Below are positions 26,598 to 39,690 of a stretch of DNA of 64,000 nt, in pieces (the stretch's first letter is position 1; each line of letters opens with the position of its first letter). This DNA comes from Octopus sinensis. Lineage: Eukaryota. Location: positions 1,240,001-1,304,000 of the forward strand of contig NC_043008.1 in assembly GCF_006345805.1 (NCBI RefSeq), given 5' to 3'. Position numbers and translations under genes: made by a program. The notes under the pieces were generated by a model. It was not told where the DNA came from. It made no database searches and saw nothing but the letters and a program-made list of their open reading frames with translations.

Positions 26598-27085
26598 AAT
26601 TGCCAGAAACACTCGACCTCTGTTAGAACATGTCATAAATCAGGACTCATCAGAGAATATGACAGTGTCCATAAATACTAGTGGCCATCTAACTAGCCTA
26701 ATCTTTATCCGCTTGATGTTGGCTGGTCGAAGAAGTGGCTTCCTTCTTGCTGCTCTTCCATAGTAACCAAGTTTGTGGAGATACCTGACAACTGTTCTGG
26801 GAATGACATGAACTTGTTATACTATGTTAGAAGCCTTGCAACGAAGATTATCCTCCACACTTCTCTTAAAGAGAAAGGTCCCTTCAGAGGGCTTTGGTTG
26901 ATATGGGCGAGTTGATGTGAAATCCTTCCCATGTCGCATGATTTGCACAATCACTCTATTAACTTTAGAAAGTGGGATCCTTAGGTTTTCTGCGATTTTA
27001 CGCTATGTCCACGTTGAGAATGACCCATAAAAAGGCCTCTTTGAAATTTACACAGTTTTAAGGCTTCTTGTGTGCATATGGCATG
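26598..27085 (-). mobile_element. Tc1-family transposase relic (HTH region to first catalytic D)
   Basis: Minus strand: KFQRGLFMG, RKIAENLRIPLSKVNRVI, PRTVVRYLHKLGYYGRAARRKPLLRPANIKR, then after a frameshift TVIFSDES*F...GRV. Confidence 0.85.
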
Positions 27086-27294
27086 ATTAAACAGTCACAT
27101 GTAGAACCTGAAAAATAAAAATGTCGATTAATGAAAATTATAAACCATAAACTATTACAAGTTAGTACAAACATAAAACAGTGTTCTATGTGGTGTCTAT
27201 TCATTTGTGTGTTTTTGTGTGTGTATATATATACATGTATATAAGCACATATATATATATATGTATATATACACATAAATATATACATACATGA

Positions 27295-27339
<45 letters not shown>

Positions 27340-28804
27340 TTCCTATTTCTGGAGAGAGATATGTGAGGAGACTGTTTATGAGAAATATTCCGAAACAGAG
27401 CGACATGCAAATGAATATAATTACCGTAATGTTTATGCAAATTTCGTTAGACAGTGAAATTGTATGAACAGAAGCGCAATTACTTCATCTAAACATTGAT
27501 GCGTTCATAAACAATGGAGACCAATTATAATAGTTGATAGGATTGGACATCATATTTACTCTGCCGTCAGCATAACCGCTATAAGTAAGTCACACACAAA
27601 AGCACCACGCACAGTTAAGCAATCTTATCCAGAATCTATCACATTGATTAAAATTTATCATCTTATATTCCCTTGGATTTTATATTATTTACAATCAACA
27701 CAACTTGATGATTGAAAATATGAACTTACATTATCAAATGATTTATAATTACAATCACCTAATTTAAAACATAATTACAAGCTGCATATTTATCAAACGA
27801 TCAACATCTACTTTGTTCACTTTAGAAAAATAAGCTCAACACATTTTAATGTCTTCCGTAACATAATTCATCACGCTATAGAATATTCAAGAAAAGCTGA
27901 TTTGATTTCCGTTCTTTACCGTCATTCACAGACTAACAAAAACTTTAAGGTCCAAATATGCGTGTAATCGCGCCTTTCTATTCATGCAATACAAATAAAC
28001 ACATAATATACAGCAGAATAGTTCATTGCTAAGGTCACTCAACGAATATCTGGATTTTGCTTGTATACAAAGTGTTAATAATTGCAGATCGTTTGTGCAG
28101 TTAGAGATTTTTCCTTAATTATCGACGGCTGGAGGCTCAAAGCTATTAATGAGAATTCCGATTTTCGTGTAAAAGATTTCATTCCGTTAGTTTAGCATTA
28201 GCGTCATTATTGACGGTGATAAAATCAGATTTTAACTGGATCATAGGCTTGTGGCTAATTAAATGAACGACTTCTGGTTCAATAGACAATATTTCAAATG
28301 TTGACCTCCAAAGATGGATGAAGCTTTCATCTGCCTAGTGACGAGAGCTGAACAAGTTACTAAATCACTTGAATATAATACTGATTTTATGGGTCATTGC
28401 GAAGCAACTATCTGCAGATTCCTGCGGCATATATTTTCTTAAGCAGGCGTGGATGGCGTAATATGCCAATAGTCCAATTCTTGGTATTTAACGCTATGCT
28501 AAATGTTCATATGCTATGTAATGTAATCAATAGGCCAACTCACACAGACACACACACACTGAGTTCTTCCCTGTCTTTGTATTTGTCCGTTAGTGTACCT
28601 CTCCCCCTCCCCCTTATATGCATCGATCTATGTCTGCTTCGTGCAAAGAACAAGCTTCTAATCATAGCACATCGTTCTTTGATTAGGTGTGTATGTAACA
28701 TCGATGAGATAGTCAAGTAAATATGTATCTGTGCACCTAAACATTCATCTCCGCTTGTATGCATATAATCAAACTCTCACTCTCTGTCTTTCTATGTTTC
28801 TATT

Positions 28805-28844
<40 letters not shown>

Positions 28845-28861
28845 TTCTCTGTATATATATA

Positions 28862-28899
<38 letters not shown>

Positions 28900-29014
28900 T
28901 TACATACATACATATATATATATATATATACATATTACCTCACCCATGGTTACCTCTTTTCTTCTTTTTAATATTTATCATTATGTTTGGTTGAATCTGC
29001 AAACCCACGTATGC

Positions 29015-29089
<75 letters not shown>
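29015..29089. repeat. (ATCT)n microsatellite, left flank of the Tx1 fragment
   Basis: Pure atct repeats. Confidence 0.97.
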
Positions 29090-30261
29090 ACCGCGAGTGT
29101 CGCGTTGCTCTCAAGCAACTCTGCCGTCCTGGGTAGACCTTGAGTGACTTCAACACAACCAAAGCATTCTATAGGGGATTAGTGGAGGGGAGGTACGACG
29201 ACGAGCTCGGGGCGAAGCTGGACGTCGACGAGGAGTACCTGACCCGCCTGTTCAGGACGACTTTCGGGACAGGGCCCATGGACAACTTCCAGAGATCCCT
29301 GGCCTGTCAGTGCTACCGAGAAGCGCTACCCGTTCGGGATAAGCTCTACAGACACGGCTCGAGAAACACGGGGCCGACCTGCCCGAGATGCGGTCAGAGC
29401 GACGAAACCGTTCTGCACGCACTCGTGCAGTGTCCAACAATTTCCGACCTGTGGGCTTATGTCGAACAACTGCTGTCACGTGTGGGACGAGTCGGTTTAT
29501 CAGCTGAGTCTATCGTCAATATTGTCACGCATCCTTCCTTCAAACGGGAAGGAAGAGCTATTTTCATCATCCTTGTGGCTATGGCGAAAAAATGTATCTG
29601 GTGGACGCGTCTGAAAGGATTGGAGACAAACACATTCCTCTCTGGTCAATCTCTCATCAACTCTTCAAGTACCACTTGAAAAGGAAAGTGAGAGTAGAGA
29701 GGTAAGTTTTGTCTAGCGAATGTTTTAAAAAAAGATGGGTGAATGTAGCAAGGATGGCACGTATGAATGACGAAGCCACCTTGAGCATAATCCTATGAAC
29801 CCAGAAATTGAAAACAGAGGGTTACCCACTTGCAAACAAATGTGGTAACATATAACAATATTGACCAAGGTTACCGTGGTCTTTTTCGTAGGCTTTTCTT
29901 CCCACGGATAAACCTTACTTGCTTTCCCCTTTACACCATATATCATAACACTGTGATACACGATCCCTATTGATCGTTTTGTTTCCTCTTCCCCTTTTTT
30001 CCCCTTTTTTCTTCTTTTTTCGTTTCTCTTTTCTTTTGTTCCTTTTCCTTTTCTTTTTTTTCTTCTTATTCTTTTTATTTTTTTTATTTTATTTATTTAT
30101 TTTTTTTTGTTCTTTTCTTCCCTTTTACGATCCCTCTTGATCGAAAACCTACGCCACCCCTTTTTTATTTTGTTTCTTGTCTTTTTTCATCCCCCAAAAG
30201 AAAAGCTCTACCTTGTAACATGTCCCATCTGTGTGCAGCCCTGTGTGGCCAATAAAGAAAC
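29090..30261 (+). mobile_element. 5'-truncated L1/Tx1-clade LINE (ORF2 C-terminal zinc-finger region plus 3' UTR) within (TATC)n
   Basis: ORF 29140-29679: REALPVRDKLYRHG, CPRCGQSDETVLHALVQC (CX2C...HX4C, zf-RVT type). Continues after a frameshift as HLKRKVRVER...FKKRWVNVA. Ends gcagccctgtgtggccaataaagaaac directly before tatc repeats. Confidence 0.88.
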
Positions 30262-30262
30262 T

Positions 30263-30293
30263 TATCTATCTATCTACCTACCTACCGACCTAC

Positions 30294-30359
<66 letters not shown>

Positions 30360-30369
30360 GTCTATCTAT

Positions 30370-30406
<37 letters not shown>

Positions 30407-30407
30407 A

Positions 30408-30468
<61 letters not shown>

Positions 30469-30478
30469 CCTATCTGTT
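30263..30478. repeat. (TATC)n microsatellite, right flank of the Tx1 fragment
   Basis: Near-pure tatc repeats. Confidence 0.97.
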
Positions 30479-30505
30479 TATGTGTATGTATTCGTGTGTT
30501 TGTAC

Positions 30506-30680
30506 CTGTAAATGTAAAAGTAGTCTTGTTTGTAAGTTGTATGCGTAATGAATAGCGTCCTTCAGAATGTTGATTAGGATGATGTTCAGTCTTTTGTCCA
30601 TCTGGATCCACATCTATCACCGGCGATAAATTCAGCCGCGGTTTCTTCTCCAAACTCTCGGGGCTTTCAGATTCATCCAT
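30506..30680 (-). CDS. Candidate first coding exon of an unidentified gene
   Basis: [58 protein letters not shown], followed by a CAG|GTACAA donor-like site. Unique, GC-richer sequence with a KKPRL NLS-like motif. No family recognised. Confidence 0.25.
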
Positions 30681-31121
30681 TCATCTTGTACATTGAGCAA
30701 GCAGAGCAAAGAGGCCTTGCGCACTGTGGTCTGGCCCTGGTCCTCCTTCCATTGATAATCGGTGTCTATACGCCCCAAACTAGGCCTCTCGTAAATGTCT
30801 GAGGCATTGCATTGACCTGACTGTTGTTTGGACTTCGACTTTATTTGGTGAATCTTCACGGTAGCATTGACCCTAAATGCTCAACCACATCCGTTACGTT
30901 TCGTTTCGGTTTCGCTGGCGTCTCAATTTCGTTTCCAGTTTCGTATTGCGAAATATCTTAAGTCTGGCCAAAATATAAACAATGGAAAGGGTTATCTCCC
31001 TTACACCATAAATTAAGCTATCAAGAAGCCTTACATTCTAAGGCTGTAAAGATATCGACAAGCCTTAAATGATAAGGCTGGAAAGATATCAACAGGCCTC
31101 AAATTATAAGGTTGGGAAAAT

Positions 31122-31580
31122 ATACACGAGGCGGGCCCCCAAAAGAAACCGGGGTTTTGCAATATTATATTTACTTGCTTTACATGTAAACAGATTTATC
31201 ACCTTCAATGTATTTATCTATTTGAAGTTGTGTATTAGTCCTGACACGCTTTCGGCTGTTCGAAGCCATCCTGGAACTCTTGCGAAGTGGTGCTTTTAAC
31301 GCCTCCTTCGTTTTCTTCTTCACTTCTTCCGCATCTACAAAACGTTTACCTTAAGGACATTTTTTTTAATTCGGGGGAACAAAAAATATCATAGGGATGA
31401 AAATAGGGTGAATAGAGTGTATAAGTGTGCGTGGCCTTGCCCTTTTTTGTCAGATACTGTCTCCCACTCATTGCAGGGTGCACGGGACCATTGTCATGAT
31501 GAAACTACCATTCTCCACTTTGCCACACATCGAGCGTTTTCGTCTCATCGCGTCTCAGAAATGTTTCACAACGGCTCCAC
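31122..31580 (-). mobile_element. mariner relic, 3' half with terminal inverted repeat
   Basis: Minus strand: W*FHHDNGPVH, YSPYFHPYD (YSPDLAPCD-like), KGKRFVDAEEVKKKTKEALK, YIEGDK. TIR-like tacacgaggcgggcccccaaaagaaaccgg at 31122. Confidence 0.8.
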
Positions 31581-32774
31581 GAAGTAGGAAGCAGAGTCAG
31601 GTGCAGCTTACAAGAACAAACAGGAATAAACAGTTGGTATTTTAGTCCCTTCATTACTTATATATTTCAATAATCAATAATGGAATCGGTTACTAACGAT
31701 TTTTTTCAGATAGCATTTTGAAATATGCAGCTCAGTTTCCGTATATTTATAAACGAATCATGCTTCATCGAATAATAGAAAGTGAGAAAAAGAAATTAAC
31801 AAATGTAATATAAAGCAGATAATATATTAAAGCAGTTGTAAAAGAGTTTAGTTTAGGTAAGATGAGTCAAAGCATAGGAACCAGATAACAGAGGAATAAA
31901 AGACAGGTAGATGAAACGCACCTTAAATAGAAGAGACGCTAAAGGAATAATCGCAATATGAAATGCAAAAAATAAACACACCAGAAAGAGATAAAAAGAT
32001 ATTGTAGACGAAAGAAAGGAAAATACAGTACAACAAAAAATATATTGCATAATGAGAATAGATGAATAAATACTCAAAACGCTAACAAATATATCAGATG
32101 GGAAAAAGAGAGACGAATAAAAGGTTCTAAGGAATAAAATATATCATTTAGAGAATGGCATCTGCTTTGTACTGAGGCGACGAAACTACGCTGCCCGATA
32201 AAATCAATTAGATGTGGATAGTGAAAGATTGAAAGCACTTTTTTACATCAATGCATCTAATATACCTTTGAGGACCCATTTGATAAAGCGCTAGTATATA
32301 TATTCACAATTTTTGTTATTTGTAGGAATACTTCTTCACCATAATTGCCAGCACATATTTCTAAGTCACCCTTGTTTGCTAGCTATTTCCCTACCATATG
32401 TAGTGAAACGTATGGATTTCTGTGACAATCACCAAAAAATGCTCCTATAGTGCATTCGGCTACTATACCACATTGTAATCCGATACGGTATGTAGTATCC
32501 TATACAGCTGCAATCTAGTAGACCTTTAGCGACTGTTGTTGAATGAATGCAATGTGGCTTAAGCCCTAATAATATTTTGTGTCTTGGTTAATTTAAGTCA
32601 GGAGGAATATCAATAAGAATACACAAAGACCAGTTAAATTTGACCGCTCTGCAACTTTTATTAGCGACTCTAAAATGAAATACATCTCTGCCATAAGAAG
32701 TAGAATTTTGTTAAAAACATGGTTTTAAAATGTTTCTCGAAGTTGAAGATGCATGTTAGAAGAAACTCAAACCA

Positions 32775-32835
32775 TCGACTTTGTCTGTCCTTGTGTGTCC
32801 CCTCTATGTTTAGCCCCTTGTAGGCAATAAAGAAA
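32775..32835 (+). mobile_element. Isolated SINE tail-B fragment
   Basis: catcgactttgtctgtccttgtgtgtcccctctatgtttagccccttgtaggcaataaagaaataa. Confidence 0.7.
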
Positions 32836-33389
32836 TAAGAGCAGACTATGTACAAATACGTCAATCATCACAACACACACATTTACTCACTCACTCTATC
32901 TCACTTTCTCACCCTCTTTCTCTCTCACATACACACGCGCAAGCACGCACGCACACACATGCACATAGACACATACATATACACACACACACAGACACAC
33001 ATCCATTTCATATATCTTCCTTCAATTTCTGCTTTCTCTAAATAAAATTTTTACGGATACAACTGCTTACAAAAATAGGGATTAATGTATAATTTGTTTC
33101 TATGTTCTTAACTAAATCAATGTTTTAATGATTGGACACAGGTCCAATAGAATAGCTCTCAGAAACAGACTACGTACAATTCTTTCTTCTCAAATAAGAA
33201 AGCTGTTTCCTGACAAGTGGGATAGGGTGGAGGTTTGTCAGGAAATGTTCATGCAGCTGGGGATTCCAATCGAAACAGGGGGCCGGAAATAATAAGGTTG
33301 AGAAACGCTGTTATAGATTATGCCTAACCGAAAACGATCACAGCCACATAATCCAAAAAGACCGGGTGAAACCGGGCTTAGCTGCTAGC

Positions 33390-33421
<32 letters not shown>

Positions 33422-34703
33422 CAAAGGGAAATGAACATTAATTAAAATTTACATTTCCAGTGGTCTAACGTGTAAAAATTTTGTCCAAAATACTATGTAT
33501 TAGTCATAAGATACAGTATACATTTAAATACACGAGGAATCCACTCATAGGATTCAACACGCTAGAAAGAACAGCTAGGTTCTATAACCACAAAATTAGG
33601 GAGGGATAAAATTCGACAGGAACGAAATGAAAAGCGAAAACATTTTACCATCTAGTTTCCCGTACCAATTGGTTTCTGATTTTAGTTTAGCGAGTAAATG
33701 AATAACATATATACTCACCAGGTGCAAGCGTCTTCAGCAGGAACACCTAGGGTTAAATGCACACACACAAGGCGACACGAGGGGCACGTAGTTATGTTTC
33801 ATTGTATGTATATATATGACGAGGGGCACGGCTGTGAAACATTGAGGCACCAATGGCCATTTGAGTGTGAATGAATTATCCACAATATCTTGGAGTAAGT
33901 AAGCCTGGCTATTTCGGATTTGATGTATCATCTACTGTACCGAATCATCTCAATGTATAAGAACAAGATATCACTTAGTATCATTATATTTAATAAAGCC
34001 CAGGCTACACAAAGCATATCCCTCAACGTCTGACATCACAGAAGACAGATTGTTGCAAGAATATCACAATGTAAGATATACGTAAGTTTTATACAATAGA
34101 AATTCAGACGTATGCTTTTTATTGCAATTAAAAGACGATGATGGAAGCAGACAACTACTTTCACGCCTGGACACTTTCCTACACTTGTACACTCGCTCTC
34201 AACCACTCTGTCCCTCGACGTCTGATGACACAACACTTTGAGCATATTGGACAGGAGGTTGTCGGAATCGATGATCAATACAAACGCACACGCCCGCATA
34301 CATACACACTCGCACAGACACATATACAAGCACGAACGAATAAAACCACAAACATTAAATATATATGATAGAAGTTACAAAATCTTCAATCAGAACCAAA
34401 ACATCTGACAATATTCTAACTTTCAAAAGACGATTTTACGAACACCAGCTGTTATTTCACCCCCAACAATGCAGTGAACCAATAAGATTATTGTTCATGA
34501 ATACATTGATAGAATATATTAGCAAGTCTATGCACTACTCTCTCTCTCCCCTTCTCTCTCTGTCTCAATTACCCTCTGTTTATGTGTATGTATGTAATTG
34601 CATGTGGGTATGGGGTACGGTGTATATATAAACGCCTTCATATATATATATGTATACATATATATATATATATGTATATATATATATGTATATATATATA
34701 TGT

Positions 34704-34743
<40 letters not shown>

Positions 34744-34801
34744 TACATATATAATATATATGTGTATGTGTGTAAATATATACATACATATTAATATTAT
34801 A

Positions 34802-35029
34802 TATACATATACCTATATATATGTGGGTACACACGTGCACATATGCCCTCCTCTCTTATATTCATATGTGTATATCTGCATAAGCATATGCCTATATTAG
34901 TTATATGCAGAAACATATGTATATACACATATATATTTTTGCACATATATATATACGTATACAGAATTCTATCTCTCTCTCCATACCTGCGTGTGTATGT
35001 GCATATACATACATAATGCATACGTATAC

Positions 35030-35109
<80 letters not shown>

Positions 35110-35331
35110 CATATACCTATATATATGTGGGTACACACGTGCACATATGCCCTCCTCTCTTATATTCATATGTGTATATCTGCATAAGCATATGCCTATA
35201 TTAGTTATATGCAGAAACATATGTATATACACATATATATTTTTGCACATATATATATACGTATACAGAATTCTATCTCTCTCCATACCTGCGTGTGTAT
35301 GTGCATATACATACATAATGCATACGTATAC

Positions 35332-35407
<76 letters not shown>
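34802..35407. repeat. Near-perfect tandem duplication, period ~304 bp
   Basis: tatacatatacctatatatatgtgggtacacacgtgcac... starts at 34802 and again at 35106. Copies differ by one CT unit and in TA tract length. Confidence 0.85.
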
Positions 35408-35414
<7 letters not shown>

Positions 35415-35425
35415 ATATATATATC

Positions 35426-35475
<50 letters not shown>

Positions 35476-36813
35476 GCATACATATATATTGAATTAACGA
35501 ATCTAACGCAGATCATTTCATCAGTATAACTTCTCCGATGCCTAACGATGATCTGACAATCATCGGAATCATTATTTAAAGAACTTAGAACTTTCCATAA
35601 CAGAGTCGATAAAAACCATGAAAGAGACTAATTTAATCTCATTTTCTGTGGCAGATGTGTCACTTGCAGTGTTTGCAATATCTATTTATCTAATAGCTGT
35701 CTAGACCGTTGTAATTAACTTAGCAAAACCTTTCTTATTGAAATCTATTTAAGTTATTCTGAGTGAAGATTTTTTATTATTTTTTTTATTTTTTGTGTTT
35801 GTCCCTTGTAAGTTGTCTTCATTTACACTGTAAAAATACGCAAGTTGAAGAAAATTCATTAAAACAAATGGAGAGAATACATGGGAACCTTGCCATATCA
35901 TTGTGTTTCATATACCGACACGTTAGGAGGTAAGAAAAAACATATCAATCAATATTGGACGTGGAATTCGGTGTTTTGGAAATCCATCGGCCCACACATT
36001 AATGTTACCGATGAAGGCTGGGTCAGTCATGATAAGAATAGAGTATGTGAGGTATATACCTGAAAGTTTATATAACTAATAATATATGCACTAAAGCTAC
36101 GAATTAATAATGGATGAAATATTACCAGGGCTGAAAATTCAACATTATTAAAATTTGGAAATTTACTTGAATTGAAAAGAATACGAATTGGCGTCAAAGA
36201 ATTTATAGGAACATGTCGTATTCACATGTATGTTACCATTTACAGAATATATTTATCTACGGTATATTCATATAACAAGCAAGTTTTAATAAGTATGTAA
36301 GATATACTATAAATTTGGTAAATAAGATGATGATGAAAAAATTTCAAAACTGTATTTGAATTTTCTCAAAACTATAAATTTTAGAATTTAAATATTTAAC
36401 TACACCTATATATGCAGTAATTGAATAAAAGAAAAAAATACAGTAAGAGAGAGACACACAAAATGAAATTTAGAAATAATGAATTTCTCTATAGTTTTAA
36501 AAAGAAGAGATGACAGGATAAGCAACAATCGGACGAATTTAAATAAAAAGCAGCTTATTTGTATTATATATTATTTTCACACGTCGTAGTTAGGCCGTTG
36601 TTTAGTTAATGCTGGTAGATTTGATACAACTGAGAACACATTGTGGAAACATACAAGAACATAAACACAGAAGCATAATTAGATGTATATAACGATATAC
36701 ATACATACATGTATGCATATATATGTGTGCATGTGTGTGTGTATACAGTTAGCAGTTCACAGATCCGAAAAGAAACACTCTAAAGCATGAGAGTAGTAAT
36801 ATTTGGAGGGTTG

Positions 36814-37211
36814 ACAGCGGTGAACTGGCAGAAACGTAAGCAGGCCGGGCGAAATGGTTAGCGGTATTTCGTCTCTCTTTACGTTCTGAGTTCAAATTCC
36901 GCCGGGGTCGACTTTACCTTTCATCCTTTCGGGGTCGATTAAGTAAGTACGAGTTACGCACCGGAGTCGATATGATCGAATTAATCTGTTTGTCTGTCCT
37001 TGTTTGTCCTTTCTGTGTTTAGCCCCCTGTGGGTAGTAAAGAAAAAGGTATTTCGTCTGACTTTACGTTCTTAGTTCAAATTCTGCCGAGATCGAATTTG
37101 TCTTTCATTATTTCGGGATCGATAACTTAAGTACCAGTTGCGTCCTGGCGTCGATCTAATCAACTGGCTCCCTCCCCCTAAATTTCGGGTCTTGTATCTA
37201 GAGTAGAAAAG
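36814..37211 (+). mobile_element. SINE family A dimer (head-core-tailB + core-tailA) with TSD
   Basis: Junction gaaaaa|ggtatttcg at 37046/37047. Flanks aatatttggagggtt (36798-36812) and aatatttggcgggtt (37212-37226). Confidence 0.9.
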
Positions 37212-38199
37212 AATATTTGGCGGGTTCGTTTTATGGCCATCAGAAAGTGACCATTGGTTTCGCACTTTTAAAGCTGAGTAGACGATCCGTTAACGCATAA
37301 CCTCTCGTCAAGTGGAAGAAAGAAATGTTGGTCAGTTATGATTTTAGAGGAAACATTCTAGAACGAAATTCTAATTTGTTTCAGCCAGATTGAAACTTTA
37401 CTTGCAAAAAATGTAATCGTTTATACGCTTAGATCTTTCGACACAACTGGAACTGATTTCAGGAGAATTTCCATCTCGTCCAAATTTATTGGTGGTAGAA
37501 ATTCTGGAATTTCATATTTACAATGTTAACTGGTAGAGACGTTTTATTTTCTCAAGTTCTCGATATGTTATGTGCCTACAAATCTGAATATTTGCCTCTT
37601 CAGCGACTGCACGTCGCATAGGGGAGCAACTTGTGTGATAAATGGTTGGAGCATAAAGGGGTAAGAAATGTAGCCAGTGCTCTACCAAGCATGCTCAATT
37701 AGAAAATAGAATCCTGGTCATCAACATAGATGCTAAAGTTGTATCAATACATAGATCAATACATAGATCATACATCAATACATAGAACAGACACGACACT
37801 TTGCGACATAATATAGAGCTCACACACACAGTGCTAAACCAATGGTCGCTGTCTGGCCGGCTAAAACGAACAACTCCCTGAATCTAAGTGTTTTTACTCT
37901 TTATCCTATTAAACTTTTAATACTTTTTGATAGTTTATTAAAAAATAAATAAATAAATAAATATAAAAATATAAAAATGTAAAAATATATAAAAATGAAA
38001 AAAATAAAAAATATAAATAAAAAAATAATTAAATAAAATAATAATAAAAATATATATATATTTATAATTTATAAGTTTAAACTATTAATTTAAGTAATTT
38101 TTAAAAATCTTAAGTTTAATTTAAATATGTTAATTTGATTTTTATATTTTATATTTCATATTTTTTATATATTTTTAAAGTAATTTTATTTCTATGCAT

Positions 38200-38340
38200 T
38201 GGCTTATGATTTTCACTGTTTGATTTGCCTAGTAGTGGTTTTATCTCTAATTTAATATAATATATATTTATACTATAAAATTGGATTTAATCCTAAATCT
38301 AATTTTTCCCTGTAAGTTTGGATTTACTCCCTAATATTAT
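38200..38340. mobile_element. End fragment of the same repeat family as 46118-46310 (Penelope-like)
   Basis: 38302-38340 is the reverse complement of tattagggaataaatccaaatttacaggg at 46122; the tagtggttttatctc motif is shared with 46291. Confidence 0.4.
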
Positions 38341-39302
38341 TATTATATGTATATATATATATATGTGTGTGTGTGTGTACATTATTATTATTGATATTGT
38401 TATTATTATTATTATAATTTACTCCCTGATCGAAAACTGCAATTTCTGTGGGATTGCTCGGAACAAACACGTGCGTATTGTGGGTAAATACATGCTAACA
38501 TTCGGCCGTATATTTTTGGAAGTGATGGTTGAATATCGGTTATGTGATAACGCTTCATTGTGTACATATTTAAACCTAAAACTCTCACATTTATATTTTA
38601 AAATGCTGCACCGAAGATGAGAAATAAGGAAGTAAATATAACTTTACTTTAATCTCGAAACGCGTATGTAGCTAATCCGACTCGTGTGGGATCGTTATTT
38701 TTTTCTTTTTGCCTACAGAAAACAAAGCGTGTTAGTGTTTGGGAGATCTTTATGGTTGTAGAAAAGGCATTTTAATTCCTATTTCAAAATTCGGTGCGTG
38801 GCGAAGCAGTTAGATCATACCTTATTATAATTATGTTTATAATTATAGAATATTTGCATATATATATATATATATATATATATTAATAAATGAAATAAAA
38901 CATATGCATATATATAAACATATATGTACGTACCTACCTCTACATGTACATATACACGCATATATGAGTACAGGACACCAAAGGGACGTCGAACACAAAG
39001 AGAAACTAAAACATAGACACAAAAAAAAGGAACTGGACATTTTTTTAAAAACAACAAAAAATGGAGTACAGGACAATTAACACAACGAAAAAACCTCTTC
39101 TTCAGTCGCTAAGGTTTCATCTACTCTACGTTTCGAAGGATAAAAGCGAGACGTATCTTCGACAAGAAACTTTCCTTCCTGCGAAAAGCAAATCAATTAA
39201 AATTCTGAGATCTTTTCGCAGAGGGGTAAAAAATGGTATATTGGTAAAAACGGTAAGATAACAAATGAAAGAGACCTCAATATTATGTAAATAGAGGAAA
39301 TT

Positions 39303-39504
39303 TATCTATAAAATAATATGTTACATTACTCAATAGTCAAGATAAATCTCTGAGTTTCAGATGCCGAAGTGGAAATCCACAACACCATCATAATTTTTCA
39401 GATGACCAGATAACCGAAGAGATGGTGTTCTGGATTTCCGCTTTGGCATCTGAAACTCAGAGTTTTATCTTGACTATTGAGTAATGTAACATATTATTTT
39501 ATAG

Positions 39505-39507
<3 letters not shown>
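39303..39507. mobile_element. Long inverted repeat element (87-bp arms, 31-bp spacer) next to (TA)n
   Basis: 39303-39389 versus the reverse complement of 39421-39507: 4 mismatches in 87 bp. Confidence 0.85.
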
Positions 39508-39566
<59 letters not shown>

Positions 39567-39584
39567 ATATATATATATATGTAT

Positions 39585-39618
<34 letters not shown>

Positions 39619-39634
39619 CTATATATATATATAT

Positions 39635-39690
<56 letters not shown>

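Noticed and set aside
26682-26717. Plus-strand WPSN*PNLYPLD resembling the Tc1 WPxxSPDLNP motif
   Set aside because: The same bases are better explained by the continuous minus-strand Tc1 reading (NIKR...TVIFSDES).
33355-33390. Helitron-like 3' end (ccgggtgaaaccggg...ctag) and a lone hAT-like TIR at about 33297-33311
   Set aside because: The hairpin is imperfect and no matching 5' end or second TIR was found; too little to call.
35530-35575. ctaacgatgat-ctgaca-atcatc-ggaatc hammerhead-like pattern
   Set aside because: Two core positions are altered and there is no stem I or III.
35813-35929. Possible plus-strand exon (polypyrimidine AAG acceptor, GAG|GTAAGA donor, one open frame)
   Set aside because: The peptide is unrecognisable and its phase does not chain with other plus-strand candidates.
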